NCBI GenBank assembly: GCA_045863335.1
Contig: BTVY01000005.1
Coordinates: forward strand, 136,439-200,438
DNA length: 64,000 bases
DNA from: Candidatus Hydrogenedentota bacterium
Lineage (GTDB): Bacteria; Hydrogenedentota; Hydrogenedentia; Hydrogenedentales; SLHB01
Reading direction: 5' to 3'
Below, piece by piece: positions 30,485 to 40,792 of the stretch (positions are counted from its first letter, which is position 1; each line of letters begins with the position of its first letter). Below the pieces are notes generated by a model. It was given only the letters and a program-made list of their open reading frames with translations. It was not told where the DNA came from and did not search any database. A program made the translations under genes and the position numbers.

Positions 30485-31246
30485 GTGGCGATGAAGTTTC
30501 GCGTGGCGTGGCGGGCGTTGCTGTTAATCGCATGGACGGCGGCGCTGTTCGCGGTCCGCCTGGTGGTCCTGTGCATAGCGCCCCTTGCGCCTCGGCTCGA
30601 CGAGCGAGGAAGACGCTTTCTCTTGCGCCATTGGGCGCGGGGCGCCGCCGCGATTCTCCGAATGCGGATCGAGATTTCCGGAACACCACCCAAACCGCCC
30701 TATTTCCTGGTCACCAACCACCTCAGCTATCTCGACATCGTGCTGCTCTCACGCACGGCTGGATGCGTGTTTGTCTCCCGGGCAGACGTTCGGGCGCTGT
30801 GGTTTCTTGGGTTTCTCGCCCGGGGCATGAACACCATCTTCATCCATCGCGAACGAATCCGCGACACCCGACGGGTGAACGAGCAGATCGCCTACGCCAT
30901 GGATCGCGGCTACGGAGTCCACATCTTTGCGGAGAGCCGCATTTCGCAGGACGCGCAAGTGCATCCCTTCAAACCGCCTCTGCTGGAACCGGCCGTCCAA
31001 CGCGGATGCCCGGTTCACTATGCGGCGCTCTCGTATGGCACGCCCGAGCACGCGCCGCGCGCCAAGGACGTAATCGTCTGGCAGGAACCGGAAACGCTGG
31101 GACAGAACATGCTGCGTGTATTGGCGCTCCCGTCGTGCACGGGCATCATCGCCTTTGGCGAGGCGCCCATGGAGGGCAAAGATCGAAAAGAACTTGCTGA
31201 CAAGCTCTACCATGGCGTATTGGAATGTTTCAGGCCGATGGATTGA
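30485..31246 (+). CDS. Lysophospholipid acyltransferase (PlsC family)
   Basis: NHLSYLD (HX4D), FIHRE and FAESRIS motifs. Confidence 0.88.
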   Translation: MAMKFRVAWRALLLIAWTAALFAVRLVVLCIAPLAPRLDERGRRFLLRHWARGAAAILRMRIEISGTPPKPPYFLVTNHLSYLDIVLLSRTAGCVFVSRADVRALWFLGFLARGMNTIFIHRERIRDTRRVNEQIAYAMDRGYGVHIFAESRISQDAQVHPFKPPLLEPAVQRGCPVHYAALSYGTPEHAPRAKDVIVWQEPETLGQNMLRVLALPSCTGIIAFGEAPMEGKDRKELADKLYHGVLECFRPMD

Positions 31247-31375
31247 GCGCGCACCAACCACCGCGCGAAGGTTATTCTCTGTGCTGCTTCCCGGCTTGAC
31301 AGGTTAAACCTTGGGGTGTCAAGCTGCATGGCGCTCCCAGACTGGAATCGTTGCACGACCTGCGAGGGTGGCTGC

Positions 31376-32221
31376 GTGAATCCTGACTCCGCAACACGAT
31401 CCGACCGCTTACGCGCCTTGCTTGCCGACCATACGGTCGCCATGCCGGGCGCGACTAACGCATTGAGCGCCCGGCTTATCGAGCGTGAAGGGTTTGAGGC
31501 CATCTACGTATCCGGCGCGGTTCTTGCCAACAGTGTCGGCGGCGTGCCGGACGTGGGGTTGATGACCCTTACGGAATCGGTCGCTCATTGCGCGCGCATC
31601 GCAGCAGTTACCACCTTGCCCATAATCGCCGATGCCGATACGGGTTACGGTGGACCTGAGAACGCGGCGCGGACCGTCCGCGAACTGGAAGCGGCGGGCG
31701 TCAGCGGCATCCACCTCGAAGACCAGGAATTCCCCAAGCGCTGCGGACACCTCGAAGGTAAACAACTCGTGCCATTGGAGGAATTTTGCGAGAAGATCTC
31801 CGCCGCTGCCGAGGCCAAGACTAGCGAGGATTTCCTTCTCATCGCCCGGACCGACGCCCGGGGCGTGACCGGATACGATGACGCCGTCCAACGCGCCCAC
31901 GCGTACCTGGAGGCGGGCGCCGACGCGATCTTCCCGGAGGCCCTGCAGGACGTGGAGGAGTTCGCGCGCTTCGCCCAGGATGTGGATTCCATCCTCCTCG
32001 CGAACATGACGGAGTTCGGCAAGACGCCATATCTTGCCGTGGAGCAGTTCGCGGAACTCGACTACAACATGGTGATCTTCCCGGTCACCCTTCAACGTGT
32101 CGCGGTCAAGGCCATGGAAGAGGCGCTGCGCGTGCTCCACAACGAGGGGACCCAGCATCCACTGCTCGACAAGATGCAGACCCGCGACGAACTCTATCGC
32201 CTGCTGGACTATCGGACGTGA
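31376..32221 (+). CDS. prpB: 2-methylisocitrate lyase
   Basis: DADTGYG, HLEDQEFPKRCGHL, IARTDA, ANMTEFGKTP and MQTRDELY; next to prpC. Confidence 0.93.
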   Translation: MNPDSATRSDRLRALLADHTVAMPGATNALSARLIEREGFEAIYVSGAVLANSVGGVPDVGLMTLTESVAHCARIAAVTTLPIIADADTGYGGPENAARTVRELEAAGVSGIHLEDQEFPKRCGHLEGKQLVPLEEFCEKISAAAEAKTSEDFLLIARTDARGVTGYDDAVQRAHAYLEAGADAIFPEALQDVEEFARFAQDVDSILLANMTEFGKTPYLAVEQFAELDYNMVIFPVTLQRVAVKAMEEALRVLHNEGTQHPLLDKMQTRDELYRLLDYRT

Positions 32222-32305
32222 CGGGTTGACGCCCTCACGATAAACACGCAAGGGATGCGCGGCCGTGCGCCGCATGGGTGGTAACGAAGGTGGAGGATCT
32301 GTGTC

Positions 32306-33418
32306 ATGACAGAAACCGAGATTCGGCCCGGACTGGAGGGGGTCGTCGCCGGCGAGACGACGATTGCCTGCGTCGACCAGGGTGTCTTGTTGTACCGCGG
32401 CTATGCTATCGAAGATCTGGCGGAGAAGGCGACGTTCGAAGAAGTGGCTTATCTTCTTTTGCACGAGGATCTTCCGAGCTCGAAAGAGCTTCGGGCCTTT
32501 TCAGATGCCCTCGATGGCTATCGCGACCTGCCCGCCGAAGTGGTCGATGCCATTCGCCTGATTCCATCTGCCGTACCCATGATGGACGTGCTGCGGACGG
32601 GCGTTTCCATGGCGGGCCATTTCGATCCCGTGGACGACGCCGAAGACTATCGTACGCGATCAATCTGGCTGACCGCGCAGATTGCCAGCATCATCGCCGC
32701 ACGGTACCGGCTGCTGAATGGAAAAGAACCGGTCGCTCCGAAGAAGGGGCTATCCCACGCCGCACAAATCCTTTACCAGTCTCATGGCGAAGAGCCCGAC
32801 GAGTTGTCCGCGCATCTTCTTGATCTGACCCTCGTGCTGTATGCGGAGCATGAGTTCAACGCGAGCACCTTCACCAACCGGGTTATTTGCTCTACCATGT
32901 CGGACCTGGTGTCGGCCATCGTGGGGGCGATTGGCGCGTTGAAGGGTCCCCTCCACGGCGGCGCCAACGAAGCGGCCATGGAAATGCTCAAGCAATTCAA
33001 GACGGCAGACGAGGCAGCGGCGTGGATCAAGGACGCGCTCGCCAACAAAAAGAAGGTCATGGGATTCGGCCATCGCGTGTATAAGCACGGCGACCATCGG
33101 GCCCGCATCCTTGAGCGGGAACTTCGCAAACTCGCCGAAAACAAGGGTCAGCAAGAGCTTATGGCGATCTACGATGCCATCAAGGACCCCATGGTCAACG
33201 ACAAAAAGATCTACCCGAACGTGGATTACCCCTGCGGGTTGACGTATTACATTCTGGGACTGCCGCTGGACCTGTACACGCCCCTGTTCGTGGCGTCACG
33301 GGTGACGGGGTGGTGCGCTCATTTCATGGAACAGGCGGCCAATAACCGTATTTACCGGCCGCTCAGCAAATATACCGGGCCTGCAACCCGGCCCGTGAAA
33401 CCTGTCGGGGAACGTTAA
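32306..33418 (+). CDS. prpC: 2-methylcitrate synthase / citrate synthase family
   Basis: GLEGV, LLYRGY, YAEHEFNASTF, LKGPLHGGANE, MGFGHRVY, PNVDY and NRIYRP. Confidence 0.9.
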   Translation: MTETEIRPGLEGVVAGETTIACVDQGVLLYRGYAIEDLAEKATFEEVAYLLLHEDLPSSKELRAFSDALDGYRDLPAEVVDAIRLIPSAVPMMDVLRTGVSMAGHFDPVDDAEDYRTRSIWLTAQIASIIAARYRLLNGKEPVAPKKGLSHAAQILYQSHGEEPDELSAHLLDLTLVLYAEHEFNASTFTNRVICSTMSDLVSAIVGAIGALKGPLHGGANEAAMEMLKQFKTADEAAAWIKDALANKKKVMGFGHRVYKHGDHRARILERELRKLAENKGQQELMAIYDAIKDPMVNDKKIYPNVDYPCGLTYYILGLPLDLYTPLFVASRVTGWCAHFMEQAANNRIYRPLSKYTGPATRPVKPVGER

Positions 33419-33433
33419 CGAGAGGAGTTTGGA

Positions 33434-34840
33434 ATGAAGTCGATTGTGAGGACCGGGTTCGGGATCGTCCTGATGGTGTGCGCCGGTGTCGCGAACGCGC
33501 AGGAGTACGCAAAAGACACGGGCTACCGGGGGATTTGGTATTACAACCAGAAGACGAACGACGAGTATGTCTACAAATACAGCGGCGGTCTGGGAACCTA
33601 CTGCGCCAAGCACATTCCGCTGGCCATCTACGCGCCGGAGGTGAACAAGACCTTCTTCGTCTATGGCGGTACTAAGAAGGGCGAGGACGCGCTGTTGGAA
33701 ATGGTTTCGTACTACGACCATGCGACCGGACAGGTTCCTCGGCCGACGATTCTTATCGACAAGAAGACCTCCGACGCGCACGACAATCCCGTCATCTCTA
33801 TCGACGACGACGGGCACATCTGGGTCTTCGCCAGTTCCCACGGCAAAGGGCGCCCTTCCTACATTTTCCAGAGCAAAGAGCCTTACAACACCGACGACTT
33901 CAATATGGTGCTGGAAACCAACTTCTCCTATCCCCAGCCTTGGCACCTGAAGGGCAAAGGATTTCTGTTCCTGCTGACCAGCTATGACGGCGGACGCGCG
34001 CTCTATTGGCAGACCAGCGATGACGGGAAGACGTGGTCGGATCGGAGTCTGTTGGCGCTTATCGACGAAGGCCACTATCAGGTGAGTTGGCCGAAACCAG
34101 ACGGCGCAACGCTGGGCACGGCCTTCAACTACCACCCCAAGGCCTTCATGGGCGACACGGAACGCAAGGGGCTGAATTGGCGTACGAACCTGTATTACGC
34201 CGAAACGCCGGACATGGGCGAGGCCTGGCGCAACGTGCAAGGCGAGACGCTTGAAACCCCGTTGCGGGACGCGGCGAATCCTGCGCTGGTCCGCGATTAT
34301 CAGTCCGAAGGGTTGCTGTGTTACATGAAGGATGTGAACTACGATACGGACGGTAACCCAGTGATTCTGCACGTGACCGCGAAGTCCTGGATGCCCGGAC
34401 CGGAGCATGCGCCACGGGAATGGCGGGTCGCCCACTGGACCGGCAGCGAATGGGCCTTCCACACGATTACCCAGTCCGACAACAACTACGATACGGGCAG
34501 CATTCACATCGAATCGGACGGTACCTGGCGAGTCTTTGGCCCCACCGAGACAGGCCCACAGCCCTTTAATCCCGGCGGTGAAGTCGCCATGTGGACCAGT
34601 TCAGACAAGGGCGTGACTTGGACGAAGGAGCGTCAACTCACGTCTGGAAGTCCCTATAACCACACCTACTGCCGGCGGCCGTTGAATGCGCACCCGGATT
34701 TTTACGCCTTCTGGGCCGATGGCCACGGCCGGCAGCCGTCGGATTCGCGGCTCTATATCAGTGACAAGACGGGGGAGAACGTGCGGCGTTTTCCGTATGA
34801 GATGAGCGATGATCTGGCGGCCTTGGAGCCGGTGGAGTAA
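33434..34840 (+). CDS. Secreted BNR-4 repeat (sialidase-like propeller) protein
   Basis: Signal peptide; DAHDNP, FSYPQ and Asp-box motifs SDDGKTW and SSDKGVTW. Confidence 0.8.
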   Translation: MKSIVRTGFGIVLMVCAGVANAQEYAKDTGYRGIWYYNQKTNDEYVYKYSGGLGTYCAKHIPLAIYAPEVNKTFFVYGGTKKGEDALLEMVSYYDHATGQVPRPTILIDKKTSDAHDNPVISIDDDGHIWVFASSHGKGRPSYIFQSKEPYNTDDFNMVLETNFSYPQPWHLKGKGFLFLLTSYDGGRALYWQTSDDGKTWSDRSLLALIDEGHYQVSWPKPDGATLGTAFNYHPKAFMGDTERKGLNWRTNLYYAETPDMGEAWRNVQGETLETPLRDAANPALVRDYQSEGLLCYMKDVNYDTDGNPVILHVTAKSWMPGPEHAPREWRVAHWTGSEWAFHTITQSDNNYDTGSIHIESDGTWRVFGPTETGPQPFNPGGEVAMWTSSDKGVTWTKERQLTSGSPYNHTYCRRPLNAHPDFYAFWADGHGRQPSDSRLYISDKTGENVRRFPYEMSDDLAALEPVE

Positions 34841-34903
34841 CCGAGGACGTTCTGAATACAGAGACTTTCGACACTCGGCCCATTGCGGCCCGGCCTGTCC
34901 TGT

Positions 34904-34912
34904 TGGTATAAT
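34904..34912 (+). promoter_or_regulatory. Extended -10 promoter element for yebC-ruvC
   Basis: TGgTATAAT, about 70 bp upstream of yebC. Confidence 0.5.
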
Positions 34913-34984
34913 TCAAACCGTGTATTCTGGAGTCGAATACCGTCTGGTGATCGTTTAATTAGGTGAAGTTGGAGACTTACTTCG

Positions 34985-35734
34985 ATGTCGGGTCATAGCA
35001 AGTGGAGCACCATCAAGCGCAAGAAGGGCGCCGCGGACGCCAAGCGCGGCAAGATCTTTTCCCGGTTGGCCAAGGAAATCACGGTCGCCGCGAAAATCGG
35101 AGGCGGAGATGCCAGCGCCAACCCCCGGCTCCGGACGGTCCTGCTTGCCGCCAAATCTCAGAACATGCCCAAGGACAATGTCGAACGTGCGATTAAGAAG
35201 GGCACCGGCGAGATTCCTGGGGTGGTATACGAGGAAGTGCGTTACGAATGCTATGGCCCCGCAGGCGTGGCGCTGATCGTTGACGTGCTTACCGACAACA
35301 AGAACCGCACCGTCGCCGAAATTCGCCACGCCGTCACCAAGAACGGCGGTAGCATGGCGGAAAACGGCGCCGTAAGCTGGAACTTTGAGCGGAAAGGCGT
35401 TATCACGGTCCCCAAGGAAGGCCTCTCGGACGAGTCTATCTTCGAGAAAGCCGTCGAGGCTGGCGCGGAAGACGTGGACACGGAAGGCGACATGTACGAA
35501 ATCACCACGGAAGCCGCCGACCTTCATGCCGTCGCCGAAGCACTCGAAGAAATGAGCATTACGACGGACAACGCCGAACTCACCATGATCCCGAAAACGA
35601 CCGTGAAGGTCGAGGGCAGCAGCGTGGGCCAGGTCTTGCGCCTTATGGAAACCCTCGAAGACCACGACGACGTCCAGAACGTCTACGCCAACTTCGACAT
35701 CTCCGAGGAGGAGATGGCCGCGGCCGTCGAGTAG
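34985..35734 (+). CDS. yebC: YebC/PmpR family protein
   Basis: [34 protein letters not shown] and [11 protein letters not shown]. Confidence 0.97.
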   Translation: MSGHSKWSTIKRKKGAADAKRGKIFSRLAKEITVAAKIGGGDASANPRLRTVLLAAKSQNMPKDNVERAIKKGTGEIPGVVYEEVRYECYGPAGVALIVDVLTDNKNRTVAEIRHAVTKNGGSMAENGAVSWNFERKGVITVPKEGLSDESIFEKAVEAGAEDVDTEGDMYEITTEAADLHAVAEALEEMSITTDNAELTMIPKTTVKVEGSSVGQVLRLMETLEDHDDVQNVYANFDISEEEMAAAVE

Positions 35735-35738
35735 CGGG

Positions 35739-36230
35739 GTGCGCGTCCTCGGGTTTGACCCCGGCACTGCGACCACCGGATACGGCGTGGTCGAAGGCAA
35801 GGGCACCCGCCTCAACCACATCGCCCATGGCATTATCGCCACGCCGGCGGGACAACCCTTCGCGACGCGGCTGCGATCCATCTTCGAAGAGAGCCAGGCG
35901 CTCATTGCGCGGTACGAGCCTGATGCCGTGGCGGTTGAGAAGCTCTACTTTTCGCGCAACGTGACCACCGGCATCACCGTCGCCCAGGCCCGCGGCGTCA
36001 TCGCGCTGGCTTGCGAACTCGCCGGAAAACCCATCGGCGAATTCAGCCCCCTCGAGGTCAAGAATGCCGTCGTGGGTTATGGCAAAGCCACCAAGCAACA
36101 AGTCCAGGACATGGTCAAGATTCTGCTCAACCTCGATGACCGCCCCCGCCCCGACGATGCCGCCGACGCCATCGCCCTCGCCATCTGCCAAATCCACGCG
36201 GGCAAGCTGAGCGCGTTGCACGATCGATAG
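35739..36230 (+). CDS. ruvC: Holliday junction resolvase RuvC
   Basis: LGFDPGTATTGYG, VAVE, QARGV, GYGKATKQQV and DDAADAIA. Confidence 0.97.
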   Translation: MRVLGFDPGTATTGYGVVEGKGTRLNHIAHGIIATPAGQPFATRLRSIFEESQALIARYEPDAVAVEKLYFSRNVTTGITVAQARGVIALACELAGKPIGEFSPLEVKNAVVGYGKATKQQVQDMVKILLNLDDRPRPDDAADAIALAICQIHAGKLSALHDR

Positions 36231-36337
36231 ACTTCGTGGTAATCGGCGGCTGCGCCATCCGAAAGTGACAACAACTTTGCCTACCAGCGAACCGCCGCTA
36301 TACTTCCATGTGACCAACTCACGACGCGGGGGTTCTC

Positions 36338-37114
36338 ATGGCAGCTTTTGAGGATCGGAATGGCAGCCTTCAAACTGCTGAGCCGCCGCCGTTGCCCGCC
36401 GGAACGCCGTGGGGATTCTGGGCGACGACGGGGTTTCTACTTGTAGCCGCGGGCGTCATCATCGCAGTATTCTTGGGTTTCCTTTATGGCGCGGAGTTCA
36501 TCCTCGAAGAACTCCTCGATGTTGCCGATGCGCGTAGCGTACTCGATAACCCTTTCGTTGAAGATGTTACGACAGTTCCCTTGGCTTTTCTGATGGTCGC
36601 TATGCTCGTCTTTTTTGCGTCGCGTAAGAAAGGCATTACTTTGAGGCAGTACTTCTCACTCTCGCCTCTTCGCTTGCGTACCATCGTCTCATGGTCAGGC
36701 ATGGTCATTGTGATATCGCTCACTTATATCACTTGCTGTGTCGCATGGGAACTTCCGGTCCGGCTTTCCTACACCAGTTACGCCAATGCACACCCTTTAG
36801 TGGTTCGTCTCGTACTCCTGTCTGCCGCCGCAGAAACGGCTCTTGCAAGCGCGATGATACTGGGTTTTCAGTTTGCAGGCTTTCGGGCGTCACGACTTGG
36901 CGATTGGGGAACCGTTGTTGTTATCACTGCAATGTGGTCTCCCTTGTCGCTGCAAGATGGATACTTCGAGTTCGCATTTGATGTGGCCGAAACTGGCCTC
37001 ATCGCCATAGCGCGACTGCGAACACGTTCACTGTACCCCCCGATAGCGATGGGAGTCGTCGCCACATTCACCGAAATGTTAGCCGTTATCGGTTTCGGCT
37101 TGCCATTCGAGTAG
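36338..37114 (+). CDS. CPBP/Abi-like membrane protein lacking catalytic residues
   Basis: PWGFWAT N-terminus, RASRLG and ARLRTRSLYPPI fit the CPBP layout, but EExxxR, FxxxH and HxxxN are replaced; lower GC than its neighbours. Confidence 0.6.
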   Translation: MAAFEDRNGSLQTAEPPPLPAGTPWGFWATTGFLLVAAGVIIAVFLGFLYGAEFILEELLDVADARSVLDNPFVEDVTTVPLAFLMVAMLVFFASRKKGITLRQYFSLSPLRLRTIVSWSGMVIVISLTYITCCVAWELPVRLSYTSYANAHPLVVRLVLLSAAAETALASAMILGFQFAGFRASRLGDWGTVVVITAMWSPLSLQDGYFEFAFDVAETGLIAIARLRTRSLYPPIAMGVVATFTEMLAVIGFGLPFE

Positions 37115-37170
37115 CGGTCCATCTACGGTATCGACATGTATTCTCTTTGCATGAACCCCTTCTGTGATGA

Positions 37171-39249
37171 ATGAACAATAGCGCCACGACGAACAGCAGT
37201 CTTTCGCGGGTATCGCAAGCCGATCCCATTAGCACCATCCCCGGCGTTGGCGACAAACGCGCCGAATTGCTGGGCAATCTCGGCATTGCCACGGTCCGCG
37301 ATTTGCTGTTTCATTTTCCCCGGGAGTACCAGGATCGGCGGGACATTGCGGCCATCGCGGATATTGCCGAGGGCGACACCTGCACGATCGAAGCCGAGGT
37401 CGTGAAGTCGCGGCCGATGCGTTTGCGGCGGCGGTTGTCGCTGGCGGAAGTGACGTTGCGCGACACCTCGGGAGAGATGCGCGCGGTGTGGTTTGGACAG
37501 GACTATCTCGCCCGCGTACTGAAACCAGGCGCGCGGGGATTCTTCACCGGCACGGCGGGGAAGTGGAACGGCGTTGTGCTGCGGAACCCGGACTACGAAC
37601 TGCAAAGCGGCGACGAAGACGACCTGGTTAACTCCGGCTGCATCGTGCCGGTGTACCGGTTAACCGACGGGGTGAGCCAGCGGATGTTGCGGCGGCTCGT
37701 GCGCACTGCGTTGGATTCGGTCGAGCCGTTGCCGGAGACCTTGCCTCTCACGCTCCGCGACGCGCATGCGTTCCCCGAACCGAACACCGCCATTCGGCAG
37801 GTTCACTTTCCGGACGAGATCGAAACGGCCCGCACCGCGCGGAGCCGGTTCGCTTACGAGGAACTGCTCGGTATCCAGATCGGCGTGCTGGGCGTTCGCG
37901 CGAAACGGCATCGAGAGGTGAAGCGCAACCGCCATGTTATCGACGGCCCGCGCCTGCGCGACCTGCGGGCGTCGCTGCCCTTTCCCTTGACGGCAGGTCA
38001 GCAGCGCGCGGTCGATGACATTCTCGACGACATGGGTTCGCACCGGCCTATGGTGCGGCTGTTGCAGGGCGACGTGGGCTGCGGCAAGACGGTCGTCGCG
38101 TTGCACGCCATCGCGGCCGCTTGCGACGGCGGGTACCAAGCGGCACTCATGGCGCCGACGGAGATCCTCGCGGAACAGCACGGGATCAATCTGCGCGAAC
38201 TGCTTGCGCCGTTGGGACTTGATGTCGCGGTGCTCACCGGCTCCTCGGCAAACGCAAAGGAACTTCGCGAACGGGTCGCGTCCGGCGCGTGCGACGTCGT
38301 GGTCGGCACCCATGCGCTCATCCAGGAGAAGACGCGCTTCCACAATCTCGGCCTCGTCATCATCGACGAGCAGCACCGATTCGGCGTCGTGCAACGCAGC
38401 ACGCTCGTGGAGAAGGGGTACGAACCGGAACTTCTTCACATGACCGCAACACCGATCCCGCGGACGCTGGCGATCACCGTGTACGGCGGCATGGACATCT
38501 CCGTCATCGACGAACTACCACCGGGACGCACGCCGGTCAAGACGCGCCGCATCACGCCAGCCAAGGTGCCCGACCTGTACGGCTACCTCCGAAAACAGGC
38601 GGCAAAGGGATTCCAGACCTATTACGTGTGTCCGCTCGTCGAAGAGTCGGCGGCGAAGCAACTGACCGCGGTCACGAAACATTTTGAAGAATTGTCGGAG
38701 GGACCCCTTGAAGGGCTACGCACGGGACTCCTCCATGGCCGCATGGCCTCTTCGGAGAAAGACGAGGTTATGCACCGGTTCAAACGCGGTGAGATCGACG
38801 TGCTCTTCAGCACGACGGTCATCGAAGTCGGCATCGATTGTCCCAACGCCACGACCATGGTCATCGAAGACGCGGCCCAGTTCGGCCTCACGCAGTTGCA
38901 CCAGTTGCGCGGGCGCGTCGGCCGCGGCGCGGAACAGTCGCATTGCTTCCTCCTCGGCAAACCGAAGACGAAAGAGGGCATGAAACGACTGGAAGTCCTC
39001 TGCAAATCGGCGAGTGGCTTCGACATTGCCGAGGCGGACCTGGAACTGCGGGGTCCCGGCGAGTTTCAAGGGCTGCGCCAGGCAGGTCTCAGCGATCTGC
39101 GCGTCGCTGATCTCATCCGCGATGTGCGGCTCCTCGATACCGCGCGCCGCGACGCGCAGGTGATCCTGGAAACGGATCCAGGACTGACGAATCCGGAGCA
39201 TGCCCACCTGGCCGAGGCGGCGCGGGCTTATGAGCGCGTTTACGCATAG
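37171..39249 (+). CDS. recG: ATP-dependent DNA helicase RecG
   Basis: RLLQGDVGCGKT, MAPTEILAEQH, IDEQHRFG, MTATPIPRTL, QLHQLRGRVGRG and DLELRGPGE. Confidence 0.98.
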   Translation: MNNSATTNSSLSRVSQADPISTIPGVGDKRAELLGNLGIATVRDLLFHFPREYQDRRDIAAIADIAEGDTCTIEAEVVKSRPMRLRRRLSLAEVTLRDTSGEMRAVWFGQDYLARVLKPGARGFFTGTAGKWNGVVLRNPDYELQSGDEDDLVNSGCIVPVYRLTDGVSQRMLRRLVRTALDSVEPLPETLPLTLRDAHAFPEPNTAIRQVHFPDEIETARTARSRFAYEELLGIQIGVLGVRAKRHREVKRNRHVIDGPRLRDLRASLPFPLTAGQQRAVDDILDDMGSHRPMVRLLQGDVGCGKTVVALHAIAAACDGGYQAALMAPTEILAEQHGINLRELLAPLGLDVAVLTGSSANAKELRERVASGACDVVVGTHALIQEKTRFHNLGLVIIDEQHRFGVVQRSTLVEKGYEPELLHMTATPIPRTLAITVYGGMDISVIDELPPGRTPVKTRRITPAKVPDLYGYLRKQAAKGFQTYYVCPLVEESAAKQLTAVTKHFEELSEGPLEGLRTGLLHGRMASSEKDEVMHRFKRGEIDVLFSTTVIEVGIDCPNATTMVIEDAAQFGLTQLHQLRGRVGRGAEQSHCFLLGKPKTKEGMKRLEVLCKSASGFDIAEADLELRGPGEFQGLRQAGLSDLRVADLIRDVRLLDTARRDAQVILETDPGLTNPEHAHLAEAARAYERVYA

Positions 39250-39271
39250 TTGCCGCAAGATTAACCGCGCC

Positions 39272-39303
39272 GGGGGAGCCGCTTCGACGGAAGCGTCTCC
39301 CCC
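39272..39303. terminator. Hairpin between convergent recG and arsM
   Basis: GGGGGAGCCGCTTC-gacg-GAAGCGTCTCCCCC. Confidence 0.5.
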
Positions 39304-39324
39304 AAAGCGGATTCGAACTCAAGT

Positions 39325-40191
39325 TTATCCGCAGCAGCGGGCTGCTGCGGGCTTGCGCGCGGAAACGGAAAGGCTCGTGATGTAAGCCGCGGCCTGGGCG
39401 CCTTCGGGTAGGTGCGCCAGGATTTCCTTGTAGAGGGGATCGTTCATTTCGGTCATGGAATGCACGTACCCGGGGTTCGGCTCCAGGCTGATTTCGGTCA
39501 ATCCCGCGTCAGTGACGAAACGTTCCGTCTCCTCCGTCAGCACGGCGCCCGCCACGCAGCCGATCAGCGACTCCACCATCTCGCGCACCGCTTCCGGTAG
39601 CGGCTTCAAGAGGGCGATGTCCGAGACCGCGACGCGACCGCCGGGTTTGAGCACGCGGGCGATCTCGCGCCACACCTGGGGTTTGTCCGGCGACAAGTTG
39701 ATTACGCAATTGGAAATCACGACATCGACACTGTTGTCCGCGACGGGCAAATGCTCGATCTCGCCCAACCGGAACTCGACGTTTTTCAGGCCGGTGCGCT
39801 CTTCGTAGGTCGCGGTATTCGCGCGGGCCTTGGACAGCATCTCCGCCGTCATGTCCACGCCGATTACCCGGCCTTCGGCACCGACCTTCTTCCCGGCGAT
39901 GAACACATCGAATCCGCCGCCGCTGCCAAGGTCCAGCACTACTTCGCCCGGACGCAACGACGCCACGGCGGTCGGATTGCCGCAGGACAAACCCATGTTC
40001 GCCCCTTCGGGCAGAGTCGCGAGTTCCGCCTCGTCGTAGCCGAACTGCGCGGCCAACGCATCGCCGCTGCCGGTTCCGCAGCAGGATGCCACGGGTCCGC
40101 AGCAGGAACCTCCGCTTTCTGCAATCTTCCCATAGCCTTCACGCACGGTCGCCCGTACGCGTTCTTGATCGGTTGTCGTTGTGGTCGTCAT
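39325..40191 (-). CDS. arsM: Arsenite S-adenosylmethionine methyltransferase
   Basis: N-terminal SCCG motifs, [26 protein letters not shown] and IGCVAGA (conserved ArsM cysteines); downstream of arsR. Confidence 0.93.
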   Translation of the reverse strand: MTTTTTTDQERVRATVREGYGKIAESGGSCCGPVASCCGTGSGDALAAQFGYDEAELATLPEGANMGLSCGNPTAVASLRPGEVVLDLGSGGGFDVFIAGKKVGAEGRVIGVDMTAEMLSKARANTATYEERTGLKNVEFRLGEIEHLPVADNSVDVVISNCVINLSPDKPQVWREIARVLKPGGRVAVSDIALLKPLPEAVREMVESLIGCVAGAVLTEETERFVTDAGLTEISLEPNPGYVHSMTEMNDPLYKEILAHLPEGAQAAAYITSLSVSARKPAAARCCG

Positions 40192-40264
40192 AGTTCACAA
40201 TCTCCCAGGTTTCCCGGCTTTGTCGCCGGCTCCTTTGTCCATTCCAGAATAGCCCCAGCCCTAA

Positions 40265-40672
40265 TCACGCGCTGGGGTCGCAACAGGTTTTCATGTCCGC
40301 AAGTGCTTCCTCGATGGTGATGCCGGGGTACAGATCCTCGGGTCGCAAGCAAAGAAATGCGCACAAGCGGTCCGCGTCGGCTTCCGGCGTGGCCTCGCCC
40401 GCCGTCAACGCGAATGCCCAGTCCAAGGCCCGGTCCACGAACTCATCCTGGCCCCGCTTCGGCAAGCGGTAGTAGACCCAACGTCCGCGTTTGTCGGAAT
40501 CCACAAGCCCGGCTTGCTTCAGGATGGACATGTGCTTGGACACCGTCGAAGGCGCCAGGGCAAGCATGGCCATAATCTGGCAGACGCAGAGTTCGCGGTT
40601 CTTCAGTGCGATCAGGGCGCGAACCCGGTTCTCGTCGGAGAGTGCGCGTGCCAGCTCGATGAATCGCCTCAT
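40265..40672 (-). CDS. arsR: ArsR/SmtB family metalloregulator
   Basis: ALSDENR, ELCVCQI, STVSKHMSILKQAGLV and GRWVYY; C-terminal CC pair. Confidence 0.93.
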   Translation of the reverse strand: MRRFIELARALSDENRVRALIALKNRELCVCQIMAMLALAPSTVSKHMSILKQAGLVDSDKRGRWVYYRLPKRGQDEFVDRALDWAFALTAGEATPEADADRLCAFLCLRPEDLYPGITIEEALADMKTCCDPSA

Positions 40673-40681
40673 GGTTTGCTC

Positions 40682-40731
40682 CTATATTTCGTCACATGAC
40701 GAAATATAGCGCAACAATGTCCGATTGTCAA
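40682..40731 (-). promoter_or_regulatory. arsR promoter with overlapping operator palindrome (O1)
   Basis: Minus strand TTGACA (40731-40726), 17 nt, TATATT (40708-40703). The perfect 13-2-13 palindrome CTATATTTCGTCA-ca-TGACGAAATATAG (40682-40709) overlaps the -10. Confidence 0.85.
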
Positions 40732-40792
40732 GGCCAAGGCTGGAGAGCATGAGAGATAAAAGAGGGTTAACTTATTGTAAAATATTGGATTA

